Positions 1 to 9,291 of a stretch of DNA of 52,328 nt are shown piece after piece. The DNA is taken from contig CANQRI010000001.1 of assembly GCA_947626235.1 (NCBI GenBank), positions 1 to 52,328 on the forward strand, written 5' to 3'. The notes under the pieces were generated by a model. It was not told the DNA's origin. It ran no database searches and saw only the letters and a program-made list of their open reading frames with translations. Numbering within the stretch: position 1 is the first letter of the stretch; every line of letters begins with the position of its first letter. Origin of the DNA: an uncultured Clostridia bacterium. Its GTDB lineage: Bacteria; Bacillota; Clostridia; TANB77; CAG-508. Position numbers and translations under genes: made by a program.

Positions 1-134
1 ATAAATAATCCATTTTGGCTTTCGATAACTTTAATATCATGAACTGCGAATTCGTTATCGAATGTTACAGAAGCAACTGCCTTCATTCTGTTTTCTGAAT
101 TTACTTTTCTTAAACGTACATCTGTTATTTGCAT
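1..134 (-). CDS. spoVG: SpoVG, N-terminal part (gene runs off the left edge)
   Basis: Minus-strand translation from the ATG at 132-134 gives [44 protein letters not shown], the conserved SpoVG N-terminus. SD AGAGGTG lies at 141-147. Confidence 0.85.
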   Translation of the reverse strand, partial: MQITDVRLRKVNSENRMKAVASVTFDNEFAVHDIKVIESQNGLF

Positions 135-198
135 TTTGAGCACCTCTTTCTACTAGTATAAATATTTTGTACACATATTTGGTATGTACAATAATATT

Positions 199-225
199 AT
201 TCGTCAAAAAAATATTTTTTCCTTC
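199..225 (-). promoter_or_regulatory. Candidate sigma-H-type promoter for spoVG
   Basis: Minus strand reads GAAGGAAA, then 12 nt, then GACGAAT. This fits my recollection of the SigH consensus (RnAGGwWW-11/12-RnnGAAT). It sits about 65 nt upstream of the spoVG ATG. spoVG is a classic SigH target in Bacillus. Confidence 0.35.
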
Positions 226-463
226 TAGTTTTTACAAATTTTCAAAAAATTTTTTTACTTTAATATGCTACCTCTATAAAAATTTATCTACATATTAATA
301 TTAAAAACTTTTATACTTATTATAATTAACATATTTTCAAAAAAAATACATATTATATAACAATATATAATAAACTTTCCTCTTTGTATTTATTATATTT
401 ATTTCAATTTTACATTTTTAATTATTATCTAATATTAACAACATAAAAACTTGCAAAAAACTA

Positions 464-492
464 TTGAAAAAATAGTTATATCATTATATAAT
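464..492 (+). promoter_or_regulatory. Candidate sigma-A promoter for murC
   Basis: TTGAAA (464-469), a 17-nt spacer, then TATAAT (487-492). It lies 28 nt upstream of the GTG start, and AAAGGAG is the SD. Confidence 0.5.
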
Positions 493-520
493 CATACATA
501 GACTATTAACATAAAGGAGT

Positions 521-1903
521 GTGCTTAAATTGGTAATTATTGACGATTTAAAAAAATATAAACATATTCATATGATTGGCATTGGTGGAGTTAGCATGAG
601 TGGAATTGCCGGAATATTAAAACACCTTGGTTTTACTGTTACTGGCTCTGATAGAACACAATCTGACATAACAAATAAATTAATACTTGAAGGCATTCAT
701 GTTGTTATTGGGCATGACTTTGACAATGTATCTACAGCAAATCTTGTAGTATACACTGCAGCCATAAAACAAGATGACCCTGAACTTATTAAAGCTAGAG
801 AACTTAATATTCCTACTGTTGAAAGAGCAGATTTTTTAGGAGAACTAACAAAAGCATTTTCAGAAACAATTTGTGTATCTGGAACTCATGGCAAAACTAC
901 AACTACTTCAATGATTTCTGTTTGCTTTATGGAAGCTGGTTTAGACCCTTCTATACAAGTTGGTGCTACATTAAAACAAATAAATGGAAACTACAGAGTT
1001 GGAAACAGCGACTACTTTATTATAGAAGCTTGTGAATATGTAGAAAGCTTTTTAAAATTTTACCCTAAAGCAGAAGTTATTCTTAATATTGATAATGATC
1101 ATTTAGATTATTTTAAAAACATAGAAAATATAAACAATGCTTTTATAAAATATGTTAAATTGCTACCAAAAACAGGTTTGTTAGTTGTAAACATTGACGA
1201 TAAATACTGTTCAGAACTTCATAAATATACTCCTGCAAAAATTGTTACATATGGAATTGAAAATGAAAGAGCACATTTTATAGCAAGAAATATCACCTTT
1301 GACAAAAATGGTTTTCCTACTTTTGATGTTTACCATAATAATTTCTTTTATTGTACTATTGAACTATCAATTCCTGGGCTTCATAATGTTTCTAATGCAC
1401 TTGCTTGCATAGCTTTATGTGATGCTTATGGAATATCTAAACCAGATTTAAAATCTGCTTTAAAGAAATATACTGGTGCACATAGAAGGTTTGAATTTGT
1501 AAAATCATATCAAGGTGCTAATATATATGATGACTATGGTCATCACCCTACAGAAATTAAAGCAACTGCAATGGCTTTAAAGAAAAAGCAATACAACCAT
1601 TCATGGGTTGTTTTCCAACCTCACACATACAGCAGAACTCAAAATTTATTAGATGACTTTGCTACTGCCTTAACTAATTTTGATAATGTAATTGTTACAG
1701 ACATTTATGCTGCCAGAGAAATAAATACATACAACATTTCTTCTCAAGATTTAGTAAATAAAATTAGATCTCTTGGCAAAAATGCTTTGTATATTTCTAA
1801 TTTCAATGATATTGTAAATTATTTAAAGCAACATGTTCAAAAAGACGACGTTATATTAACATTAGGTGCTGGAACAGTATCTCAAATAGGCTCTATGTTC
1901 TAA
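521..1903 (+). CDS. murC: UDP-N-acetylmuramate--L-alanine ligase
   Basis: IHMIGIGGVSMSGIAGIL N-terminal nucleotide-binding motif, the GTHGKTTTTSM P-loop, DDYGHHPTEI, and a typical length of 460 aa. Confidence 0.95.
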   Translation: MLKLVIIDDLKKYKHIHMIGIGGVSMSGIAGILKHLGFTVTGSDRTQSDITNKLILEGIHVVIGHDFDNVSTANLVVYTAAIKQDDPELIKARELNIPTVERADFLGELTKAFSETICVSGTHGKTTTTSMISVCFMEAGLDPSIQVGATLKQINGNYRVGNSDYFIIEACEYVESFLKFYPKAEVILNIDNDHLDYFKNIENINNAFIKYVKLLPKTGLLVVNIDDKYCSELHKYTPAKIVTYGIENERAHFIARNITFDKNGFPTFDVYHNNFFYCTIELSIPGLHNVSNALACIALCDAYGISKPDLKSALKKYTGAHRRFEFVKSYQGANIYDDYGHHPTEIKATAMALKKKQYNHSWVVFQPHTYSRTQNLLDDFATALTNFDNVIVTDIYAAREINTYNISSQDLVNKIRSLGKNALYISNFNDIVNYLKQHVQKDDVILTLGAGTVSQIGSMF

Positions 1904-2166
1904 ACTAATAGGGACGGGGTTAAATAGTTTAATGGATTGATTACTATAATGCAAAACATTAATATATTATTTATTTAGTAACTCCCAGCTGCATAATAGC
2001 TTGTAAAAAAAATTTATTTATGCAAAACAAGTTTTACAAAATAAATTTTTTACAAGCTATAATTTGCTGGTCCCCACAAAATGTTACTAAATAAATAATA
2101 TATTAATGTTTTGCAAATAATTTTAATATATTTCCATTAAACTATTTAACCCCGTCCCTATTAGTT
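1902..2166. repeat. Family-1 long imperfect palindrome (MITE-like), copy A
   Basis: Termini TAAACTAATAGGGACGGGGTTAAATAGTTTA and TAAACTATTTAACCCCGTCCCTATTAGTTTA are inverted repeats. Internal arms are also complementary (GCAAAACATTAATATATTATTTATTTAGTAAC with its complement). It fills the whole gap between the convergent murC and spoIVB stop codons. Confidence 0.8.
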
Positions 2167-2168
2167 TA

Positions 2169-3491
2169 TTAGTTTAGTTGCATCTCCTTTAGCATTAAAT
2201 CTGCAAAAACACCATAACCAGTTGTTGGATCATTTACTAACACATGCGTAACAGCCCCAACAAACTTTCCATCTTGTATAATAGGCGAACCACTCATTCC
2301 CTGAATAATGCCACCTGTTTTTTCTAAAAGTTCTTCATCAGTAACCTTTATAAGCATACTTTTATTATTAGAATTATTGTTGTAATATATTTTTTGAATT
2401 TCAATATCATAATATTTTTTATTTCCTGTTTCTATTTCACAAATAATTTGTGCTTTGCCTGTTTTTATTTTATCTCTTGATAACACTTCCATTTCATTTT
2501 TATTTGATACCTCTAAACTACTTGATGTCTCTAATTTTCCAAATATTCCAAAACTTGTATTATTATATACTTCACCAAGCTTACTTCCACCATCTATTGT
2601 TCCCCTTAATTCTCCTGGAACTCCTTTTTGTCCTTTCATTATTGATAATATATGTGCTTTTACTAATTCACCACTTGCTATTTTTACTAAACTTCCTGTA
2701 TCTATATCTGTTATTCCATGACCCAAAGATGCAAATTGTTCTGATGTAGGCTCATAAAAAGTAACTGTTCCCACTCCTGCTGCTGCATCTCTTACCCATA
2801 ACCCTAATTTATATTCGTTTTCGCTTGTTTTGGCCGGAATAATATTTGCCACCATCTCGGTGTCATTCTCTTCTTTTACATATTTTACTTCTAATTCTTT
2901 TCCTTTAGATTTATTTACCGTTTCTACTAAATCATCTGTACACGTTATTTCTACGTTATCTATTTTTATTATTCTATCTCCTTCTTCTATTCCTGTATTT
3001 TCATATGGTTTGTTACCATCTATATCTGACATTCCAACTACTAATACACCTTTTGTGTATAATTTCATACCTATTGAATCTCCTAAAGGTATTACTGTTG
3101 TTTTGGGAATGACGCTAACTGATATATTTTTTAATGGTATAGTATCGAAAATACTTACCCCTAAATCTATTTTACCTGTAATATTACTTTTCGTTTCATC
3201 ATTTTGATATGTTTCACCATTTTCCAAATTTCCCGTTTCTCCTGAAACCTCTTCAATAGTTGTATCAACTTTGTATTGCTCTAAATTAGGGTTAGTTGTT
3301 GCTATTTGCTTTATATTTATTCCCCATAATCTTGATACTTCCACATTTTCTCCTTGCATAATTATGATACTATTAGGCATTAATGTAATATTTGCTACAT
3401 ACATATATATTATTAGCAAAAAAAATAATACAATTAACTTCTTAAAAATTTTCATAATAAAAATTTCCTCCGTTAATTGTATTTTACCCAT
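2169..3491 (-). CDS. spoIVB: SpoIVB signalling serine peptidase (PDZ + S55)
   Basis: N-terminal TM segment, a PDZ-like segment (GIEEGDRIIKIDN), GTVTFYEP...FASLGHGITD (catalytic His region) and GMSGSPII (catalytic Ser). The start may be the internal MKIFKK. Confidence 0.9.
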   Translation of the reverse strand: MGKIQLTEEIFIMKIFKKLIVLFFLLIIYMYVANITLMPNSIIIMQGENVEVSRLWGINIKQIATTNPNLEQYKVDTTIEEVSGETGNLENGETYQNDETKSNITGKIDLGVSIFDTIPLKNISVSVIPKTTVIPLGDSIGMKLYTKGVLVVGMSDIDGNKPYENTGIEEGDRIIKIDNVEITCTDDLVETVNKSKGKELEVKYVKEENDTEMVANIIPAKTSENEYKLGLWVRDAAAGVGTVTFYEPTSEQFASLGHGITDIDTGSLVKIASGELVKAHILSIMKGQKGVPGELRGTIDGGSKLGEVYNNTSFGIFGKLETSSSLEVSNKNEMEVLSRDKIKTGKAQIICEIETGNKKYYDIEIQKIYYNNNSNNKSMLIKVTDEELLEKTGGIIQGMSGSPIIQDGKFVGAVTHVLVNDPTTGYGVFADLMLKEMQLN

Positions 3492-3574
3492 TTTTAAATT
3501 TTAAATTCTTAATATATAACTTAAAACATATTCAATAAATTAATTTATTTTTATACGACACACTTTTAAATCAT

Positions 3575-5332
3575 TTAGCTTCCATTCATTAAACTAATTG
3601 ACTCATACAAATTATATTTTTCTCTTGCCATAGTAGTAAAATATTTTTCTCTTACTTTTTTAAATTGTTCCTCTTTTATTGTATTACTTGTAGGTTCTCC
3701 ATATTCATTTAAAATTGTAATTTCCCCATCTATAAATTCATCTAAATTATATAAACCTCCAACATTTACTATACATTCATAGCAATATAAATATGGTGTT
3801 GTATTATCAGCCTGTTGAGGCATAAAATATACTGTATTTCCATTAGATACATCTACCTTTTGCCTTGCTATTTGCAATTTGGTATATGCTCCCATTATTT
3901 TTATGTTTTCATTATTTTCTGCTTCTTCTATTAAATGTTTGCAATTTGGTTTATGATATGTATACTTGTCTATTCCATCTACTGTTTCCTTTGTTAATAT
4001 AACTATTGAACCTTCGCTTATAAATTCTTTATTTTGATTATTTGAAATTACACAATAATTATTATACATTTTTGTCCCTATTGGTAAGCCTTGCATATAT
4101 GTAGTAATGCATACTTCTGTATATATTTTTTCCCAATCCTCTTCAGTTAATTTTGGTAATACATATTCATAGCCACTTGTTGACTCTGCATTAAAATTAG
4201 CAAGTGATGCAATTAAACTTGTTTCTAATCTATTTCTCATTATAGCTCTTCTATGAGTTTCAAATATTGATGATGACTTTTCAGGATCATTTGTAGTACT
4301 ATTAAATTCAAATATTTTTTGATATTTTCTTATATTGGAATCTGGATCTACTTCATATGTATTATTAGTTTCAAATTCGATTGTATTTCCATTTTCATCT
4401 ATAGCATTCTGCTCTGTTATAGAGCCTAAATTATCTTGTACCCATTTTGAAAATTTATATGCTTCTATATAGTAATTAATTGCACTTCTATTTGCATTCA
4501 TTGTACTAGCTGCATAATTTATTGTATCTATATTATTTGCTGAAACCGGCGTCTTTTCAAAATTTTCATACCAGAAATATTGATGTTGAACTTCATCCCA
4601 ATAAACCTTTCTATTATTATAAAAAGTATATGGATATGTTCCCTTCGTTGTTGTAATATTTCCTGTTGTAGTATCTCTTTGTTTAATTATAAGTGTTTCA
4701 CTTAAATTTTCAAACCCAATATCTAAACCTTTATATTTTATATTTGTAATAAAGTTTTCGCGTCCAGTATTTATATAATTTATAGTAGTGCTATCTATAT
4801 TAGATGGATTTATTAAAAAACCCGTTTTTGTTACATAACTTCCATTTACCATTCCATATACAGTTATTGCATTATCTAAAGTATAATTAATTACACAGTC
4901 TATATTATCCTTTTTATATCTACAAGAATAATAAATATATGGCTGTAATCCATACTCATATTCATTAGCATTTCGCGTATTTGCATATCTTCCATATACA
5001 TAGTAGCCATCATATAATGTATTTACAATTACAGGAGTATAACTCCTTAATGTATCTGCACTGATATTTATACTTGAACTTAACGAATCATAAAAAGTAT
5101 TTATTTCTGCCTCTATATCTCTTATTTTTGAATCACTAACTGAAGAATATCTATTATTTACTGTATTTAATTGAAATGCTTTTATTGCATCATAAGTAGC
5201 ATTCATAAGTTTCATATTATAATCAGACTGCAAAGTAATAGTTTTTACTTGAGAGTCTAAATACACACTCATTATGAATGTTATTGGAACTATCATAACA
5301 ATAAATATAACAATTAAATGTTGTAACTTCAT
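3575..5332 (-). CDS. Large N-terminally anchored protein, last gene of the filament operon (function unknown; candidate tip or adhesin component)
   Basis: The ORF-track TTG start at 5359 lacks an SD. The ATG at 5330-5332 (MKLQHLIVIFIVMIVPITFIM) follows GAGAGG by 9 nt. It has a single N-terminal hydrophobic helix, then about 560 aa rich in N/Y/T with several Cys pairs. Confidence 0.6.
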   Translation of the reverse strand: MKLQHLIVIFIVMIVPITFIMSVYLDSQVKTITLQSDYNMKLMNATYDAIKAFQLNTVNNRYSSVSDSKIRDIEAEINTFYDSLSSSINISADTLRSYTPVIVNTLYDGYYVYGRYANTRNANEYEYGLQPYIYYSCRYKKDNIDCVINYTLDNAITVYGMVNGSYVTKTGFLINPSNIDSTTINYINTGRENFITNIKYKGLDIGFENLSETLIIKQRDTTTGNITTTKGTYPYTFYNNRKVYWDEVQHQYFWYENFEKTPVSANNIDTINYAASTMNANRSAINYYIEAYKFSKWVQDNLGSITEQNAIDENGNTIEFETNNTYEVDPDSNIRKYQKIFEFNSTTNDPEKSSSIFETHRRAIMRNRLETSLIASLANFNAESTSGYEYVLPKLTEEDWEKIYTEVCITTYMQGLPIGTKMYNNYCVISNNQNKEFISEGSIVILTKETVDGIDKYTYHKPNCKHLIEEAENNENIKIMGAYTKLQIARQKVDVSNGNTVYFMPQQADNTTPYLYCYECIVNVGGLYNLDEFIDGEITILNEYGEPTSNTIKEEQFKKVREKYFTTMAREKYNLYESISLMNGS

Positions 5333-5361
5333 TTGTTTTAACCTCTCTATATTAAACAAGA

Positions 5362-5411
5362 CAGTTTTAAATTCAATACATCTAATAATTTAGATGTTAA
5401 ATTAAAAACTG
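5362..5411 (-). promoter_or_regulatory. Intra-operon extended hairpin
   Basis: CAGTTTTAAATT...ACATCTAA-TAAT-TTAGATGT...AATTAAAAACTG forms an imperfect palindrome between the fifth MEN gene and the 585-aa gene. The minus-strand RNA would be followed by UCUUGUUU. Confidence 0.3.
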
Positions 5412-5438
5412 CCCCCTTTTCAAATATTATTATAGTAT

Positions 5439-5963
5439 TTATCTATTTCCATTTACTGTAACTATGCCACTATCTTGTGCTGCAATTTGTGATGCATCAT
5501 TTCCTGCAAGTGAATAAAAGAAACTTCTTAAAAGATCTGCTATTGTTTGATTTGTATTTTTTACACTAACAACAACTCTATCTCCTTCTTTTAACACTAT
5601 TTGGTTATTTTTTGCTAATTCATCTTCTACTTGAGCCGTATATAAAACATAATATGTATTTTCACCTATTTTTGTAATTTCCGTTTGAGTTGTTTTTACA
5701 CCAGGGTTTTCATCTAGTATTTGTAATGTAATCTCTGGTTCAACAATTAGACCACCTGAAGAAGCTGAACTAATAAATTGTGTCCAATCACTTTGCGTCA
5801 ATTTTCCAGTTGTTCTGACTTTATCTACTAAATCATTTGTAACCGTTTGCAAAGCTAATTGAGATATATCGTCATTTCTTTCAGATAGGGACATTAAAGG
5901 AAATACAAATAATAATACTGCAGCTAAACCTATAACTACAACAACAATTAATGTATTTTCCAT
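5439..5963 (-). CDS. MEN-family pilin-like protein 5
   Basis: The true start is probably the ATG 9 nt after AGGAGG, giving MENTLIVVVVIGLAAVLLFVFPLMS. The track's TTG start abuts the SD. It has a hydrophobic N-terminal helix and a soluble C-domain. Confidence 0.6.
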   Translation of the reverse strand: MENTLIVVVVIGLAAVLLFVFPLMSLSERNDDISQLALQTVTNDLVDKVRTTGKLTQSDWTQFISSASSGGLIVEPEITLQILDENPGVKTTQTEITKIGENTYYVLYTAQVEDELAKNNQIVLKEGDRVVVSVKNTNQTIADLLRSFFYSLAGNDASQIAAQDSGIVTVNGNR

Positions 5964-6015
5964 AATAATCAACCTCCTATTTCTTAAAAATTTCTCAAAT
6001 TACTTTATCTTCAGA

Positions 6016-6822
6016 TTAATTGTTAGTTATTAGAGTATATGTTATTACTCTTTTCTTATTTTTTCTTAATATACTTGTAGTTTCTCCATCAACTGTTATT
6101 GTGGTACCTGAAGCTTCTACTTCTCCGCTTTCGTCACGCTCATATATGTATTCTCCAAGTTCTTCTACAAATTTTGGATTGTTTACATTTCCACCATTAC
6201 TTTGTATTAATCTTGTAATTCCATCATATTTAGTATTTCTAGAAGCATTGCCATCAGGAGATACAAAAGTATCTCCATTTAAGAAACAATCTATATTATG
6301 CTTCATATCACTTTGCTTTCCAGACCATGGTTCACGCCTTTTTATTTCTTCGTCCACGTCAAATGAACAAATATCATAAATTCGATTATCAGTTGCTGAT
6401 ATGTCACCCCAATAATTTTGCCATCTATAATCTCCCCAAAGCACTCTACCAGAATATGTTGCTTTATAAGGAGATTTTGACCTGTACAAAATTAAGTTTC
6501 CATTGTTTGCACCACTATATGTAACTTCTCCTGTTTCCTTGTTATAAGTACCTACTTTAAATATTACTGTATAATTTTCTCTATAATATTTGTATAATGT
6601 TGGTATTACTGTTTCTAACCCAACAACTCTTTTTTGGTATTTTGACATAACTTCACTATCATCATAAGTATAGTAATCATAATAATTTGTTTCATCTTGC
6701 ATTTCTACAACTGCATCTGATGTAGATTTTGCTTGTGTAAACATTACCATACTAATTGTTAAAGCCATTCCAAATACAATAACAGCAAACGCTATTTTTA
6801 AAGCTTCTACAGCATTTTCCAT
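6016..6822 (-). CDS. MEN-family pilin-like protein 4
   Basis: MENAVEALKIAFAVIVFGMALTISMVMF N-terminus, AGGAAG SD, and a 240-aa Y/W-rich C-domain. Confidence 0.6.
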   Translation of the reverse strand: MENAVEALKIAFAVIVFGMALTISMVMFTQAKSTSDAVVEMQDETNYYDYYTYDDSEVMSKYQKRVVGLETVIPTLYKYYRENYTVIFKVGTYNKETGEVTYSGANNGNLILYRSKSPYKATYSGRVLWGDYRWQNYWGDISATDNRIYDICSFDVDEEIKRREPWSGKQSDMKHNIDCFLNGDTFVSPDGNASRNTKYDGITRLIQSNGGNVNNPKFVEELGEYIYERDESGEVEASGTTITVDGETTSILRKNKKRVITYTLITNN

Positions 6823-6850
6823 ATTCTTTTCTTCCTATTCTAGGTTTGGT

Positions 6851-7324
6851 TTATTTAGTACCTGCTAAATCTCTAACATGAATTGCACATACTAAATTAC
6901 TATATTTATCATATTGAACTGTAACACTATATGTTTTTCCTGATTTTATCTGTGATTTCATATCTACTGCTGATTTTATATATTTTTCTGGATCTTGTTC
7001 ACCATCACTACCTGCTTCTCCTGAATTCTGATCATCTTCAAAGTCATCACCCTCATCAATATATACTTGTCTTGTAACATCATCCTTGTTTTGTGCATTG
7101 TGTTGTCTTACAACTTCACATAAAGTTAATACTCTAGAACCTTTTACTGATGAACCTGCATATTTTGTAAACTGATCATTATATTGTTGCACCTCAAATT
7201 GATCTAATTGTGAAGTAGAATCAACATTAGATGTTTGCATAAATACTGCCATACCTAAACCTATAATTAATACCGCTAATATTATTGCTCCTGCGATAAT
7301 TAGAGCTTTTGACGCATTCTCCAT
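6851..7324 (-). CDS. MEN-family pilin-like protein 3 (smallest; candidate major subunit)
   Basis: MENASKALIIAGAIILAVLIIGLGMAVF N-terminus and a GGGAGGA SD. KA/LI fits an archaeal class-III-type cleavage motif ([KR][GA]/[LI..]). Confidence 0.6.
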   Translation of the reverse strand: MENASKALIIAGAIILAVLIIGLGMAVFMQTSNVDSTSQLDQFEVQQYNDQFTKYAGSSVKGSRVLTLCEVVRQHNAQNKDDVTRQVYIDEGDDFEDDQNSGEAGSDGEQDPEKYIKSAVDMKSQIKSGKTYSVTVQYDKYSNLVCAIHVRDLAGTK

Positions 7325-7377
7325 AATAATTTCCTCCCTTGTTTTTTATATATTAATTAAAATTTAAAAATTAATAA

Positions 7378-7818
7378 CTACATTTGTTCAATAAATAGAC
7401 TTTTTACGGCCTTTGTTTTTTCGTGATACTCTATGTTTGTACATTTAAAAGAAATTGCTCCAAAATTTTTTACAAATTCTATCGAACCCTGCCTTGCAAT
7501 GTTTTCCATTCTATATATAAATTCTTCATCATCCTTTCCTTTAAACTTTACTGTAATTATTATAGAATTTGTATCATTTTCTTGATATTCACCCTTTTCG
7601 TTTTTTGCAACCTCATTTTTTTCGTTTAAGTCTATTGTTTTATTAATTATTGAGATTATATCTGTTCCTAGCACCTCTACATTGTAATATGATTCGTAGT
7701 CTGAATTTACTTTTTGTAATTCTCTTAATTTACTTTGATAAACATTATTACAATATACAACTGCTGTTATTACTATAATCGCTATTATTATAAATGATAT
7801 TATTATCTTTTTCAACAT
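7378..7818 (-). CDS. Small N-terminally anchored protein in the filament operon
   Basis: MLKKIIISFIIIAIIVITAVVYC TM helix followed by about 120 aa of soluble domain. AGGAGG lies immediately upstream, so the start may be the TTG one codon in. Confidence 0.55.
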   Translation of the reverse strand: MLKKIIISFIIIAIIVITAVVYCNNVYQSKLRELQKVNSDYESYYNVEVLGTDIISIINKTIDLNEKNEVAKNEKGEYQENDTNSIIITVKFKGKDDEEFIYRMENIARQGSIEFVKNFGAISFKCTNIEYHEKTKAVKSLFIEQM

Positions 7819-7889
7819 AACCTCCTATATTTTATTATATCACTTTTATTAGTATAATTCAACTTTTTTAGCTTTTATTATCTATTTTT

Positions 7890-8471
7890 CTAATTTATTG
7901 GTGTAATTTTCATATATTTTATTCTATTTGTATCTGCACTAATTCGTATATTTTCCACAACACATTCGTAATATTTAGTTTTAGCTACCATTTTCCCTGT
8001 TGTAGGATCTGTAGTTTGTATTATTGAATTATCTTCTATAAACTTTATTTTATCACTATCACTTTTATTTTCAAAATAATTATATCTTTCCTTTTTACTA
8101 TTTTCCACATCTATTCTTACATAATTTGTTGCATCAGAATCTCTATCATCCAATGTATAACCACTATTTACATCATAAAATCCATAGTTTGTATTATTTT
8201 CTTTTGCACAATTTGCTATTGTAACTATGTCATGAGCAGTAATTAATACTCGTTTTGATTCTAATTCCTCATCAGTCATATCATCACTTAAATAACTTAC
8301 ATATCTTAAAAAGTTATCATTAAATTGACTATCTTTCGTAGCAGCCATTTTTTTTTGCGCATTTTCCGAATATTCAGAAAATATATTAAAAAGTGTAATT
8401 CCTACAGTAATTACCATAACCCCAAGTAATATAGATGCTGCCATTATTAATGCTTTTGATGCATTCTCCAT
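7890..8471 (-). CDS. MEN-family pilin-like protein 2
   Basis: MENASKALIMAASILLGVMVITVGITLF N-terminus and an AAGGAAAGGAA SD. Confidence 0.6.
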   Translation of the reverse strand: MENASKALIMAASILLGVMVITVGITLFNIFSEYSENAQKKMAATKDSQFNDNFLRYVSYLSDDMTDEELESKRVLITAHDIVTIANCAKENNTNYGFYDVNSGYTLDDRDSDATNYVRIDVENSKKERYNYFENKSDSDKIKFIEDNSIIQTTDPTTGKMVAKTKYYECVVENIRISADTNRIKYMKITPIN

Positions 8472-8488
8472 TTTTATTTCCTTTCCTT

Positions 8489-9247
8489 TTAGTTTGTAGT
8501 TGCTTCCTTGAAACTCATTTCGCTTACTCTTCCATTTAAATCATATTCTACATTTGTACAAGAAAAATATTTTGCCCTAAATGATGTAAGTGCGGAATTA
8601 AGTGCTGTATAAAGTTTTATATCTTTTTCTACTGCCTCTACTCCTCCAGATAATCCATCAACTTTCATTGCTTTATTGTATTGATCAATCAAATCTTTTG
8701 TATCCCTATGTAAATTCATATTTGCATTTATTTGATTTTGGTATTGAATTTGCAAATCTATTAATGTATCTATTGGTTTTCCCCTTGCATTATATGTTGT
8801 TTCAATATTTGATATTTTATTTTTTATACTATTTAAAGCATTAGTTAATTTATCTACACTATTTGGTGCTTTTACAGTATATGTGCCTTTTTTTATATCA
8901 TAATTTCTGCCATCACTTTCATCGTACCCTAAACTAGTTAATGTTATTTCATCTTCTATTGTAATATGTAGCTCAATTGGATCATACTGTTTGTCTTCAT
9001 TTGCCTCCATTATATTATAGTCTTCTGCTCTATTTATAATAGATACAATATCACTTCCATATAAAACTCTCTTGTCAAATTGTTCAAACCTTTTATTATA
9101 TTCTAATATATCTGCAAGCTCTTGTTCTCTTTGTTCTTCAGCTTTAGACTCATTCATTCTATTAAATGCCAACACTACCAAACCTATTACTAATAAGCTT
9201 ATTAGAATTTCACCTGCTATCAAAAGTGCTTTTGATGCATTTTCCAT
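8489..9247 (-). CDS. MEN-family pilin-like protein 1
   Basis: MENASKALLIAGEILISLLVIGLVVLAF N-terminus and a GAGGAA SD. The first 23 nt are nearly identical to those of the genes starting at 8471 and 7324. Confidence 0.6.
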   Translation of the reverse strand: MENASKALLIAGEILISLLVIGLVVLAFNRMNESKAEEQREQELADILEYNKRFEQFDKRVLYGSDIVSIINRAEDYNIMEANEDKQYDPIELHITIEDEITLTSLGYDESDGRNYDIKKGTYTVKAPNSVDKLTNALNSIKNKISNIETTYNARGKPIDTLIDLQIQYQNQINANMNLHRDTKDLIDQYNKAMKVDGLSGGVEAVEKDIKLYTALNSALTSFRAKYFSCTNVEYDLNGRVSEMSFKEATTN

Positions 9248-9291
9248 TTTTCCTCATTCCTTTCATCTAGTCTAAAGCATGTATATTTATA

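Noticed and set aside
2450-3504. Several 77-125 aa plus-strand ORFs inside spoIVB, and similar antisense ORFs throughout (e.g. 6020-6379, 22208-22780, 24564-24963, 30905-31444)
   Set aside because: They are low-complexity L/F/I/S-rich translations antisense to well-supported genes in AT-rich DNA, and they lack SDs.
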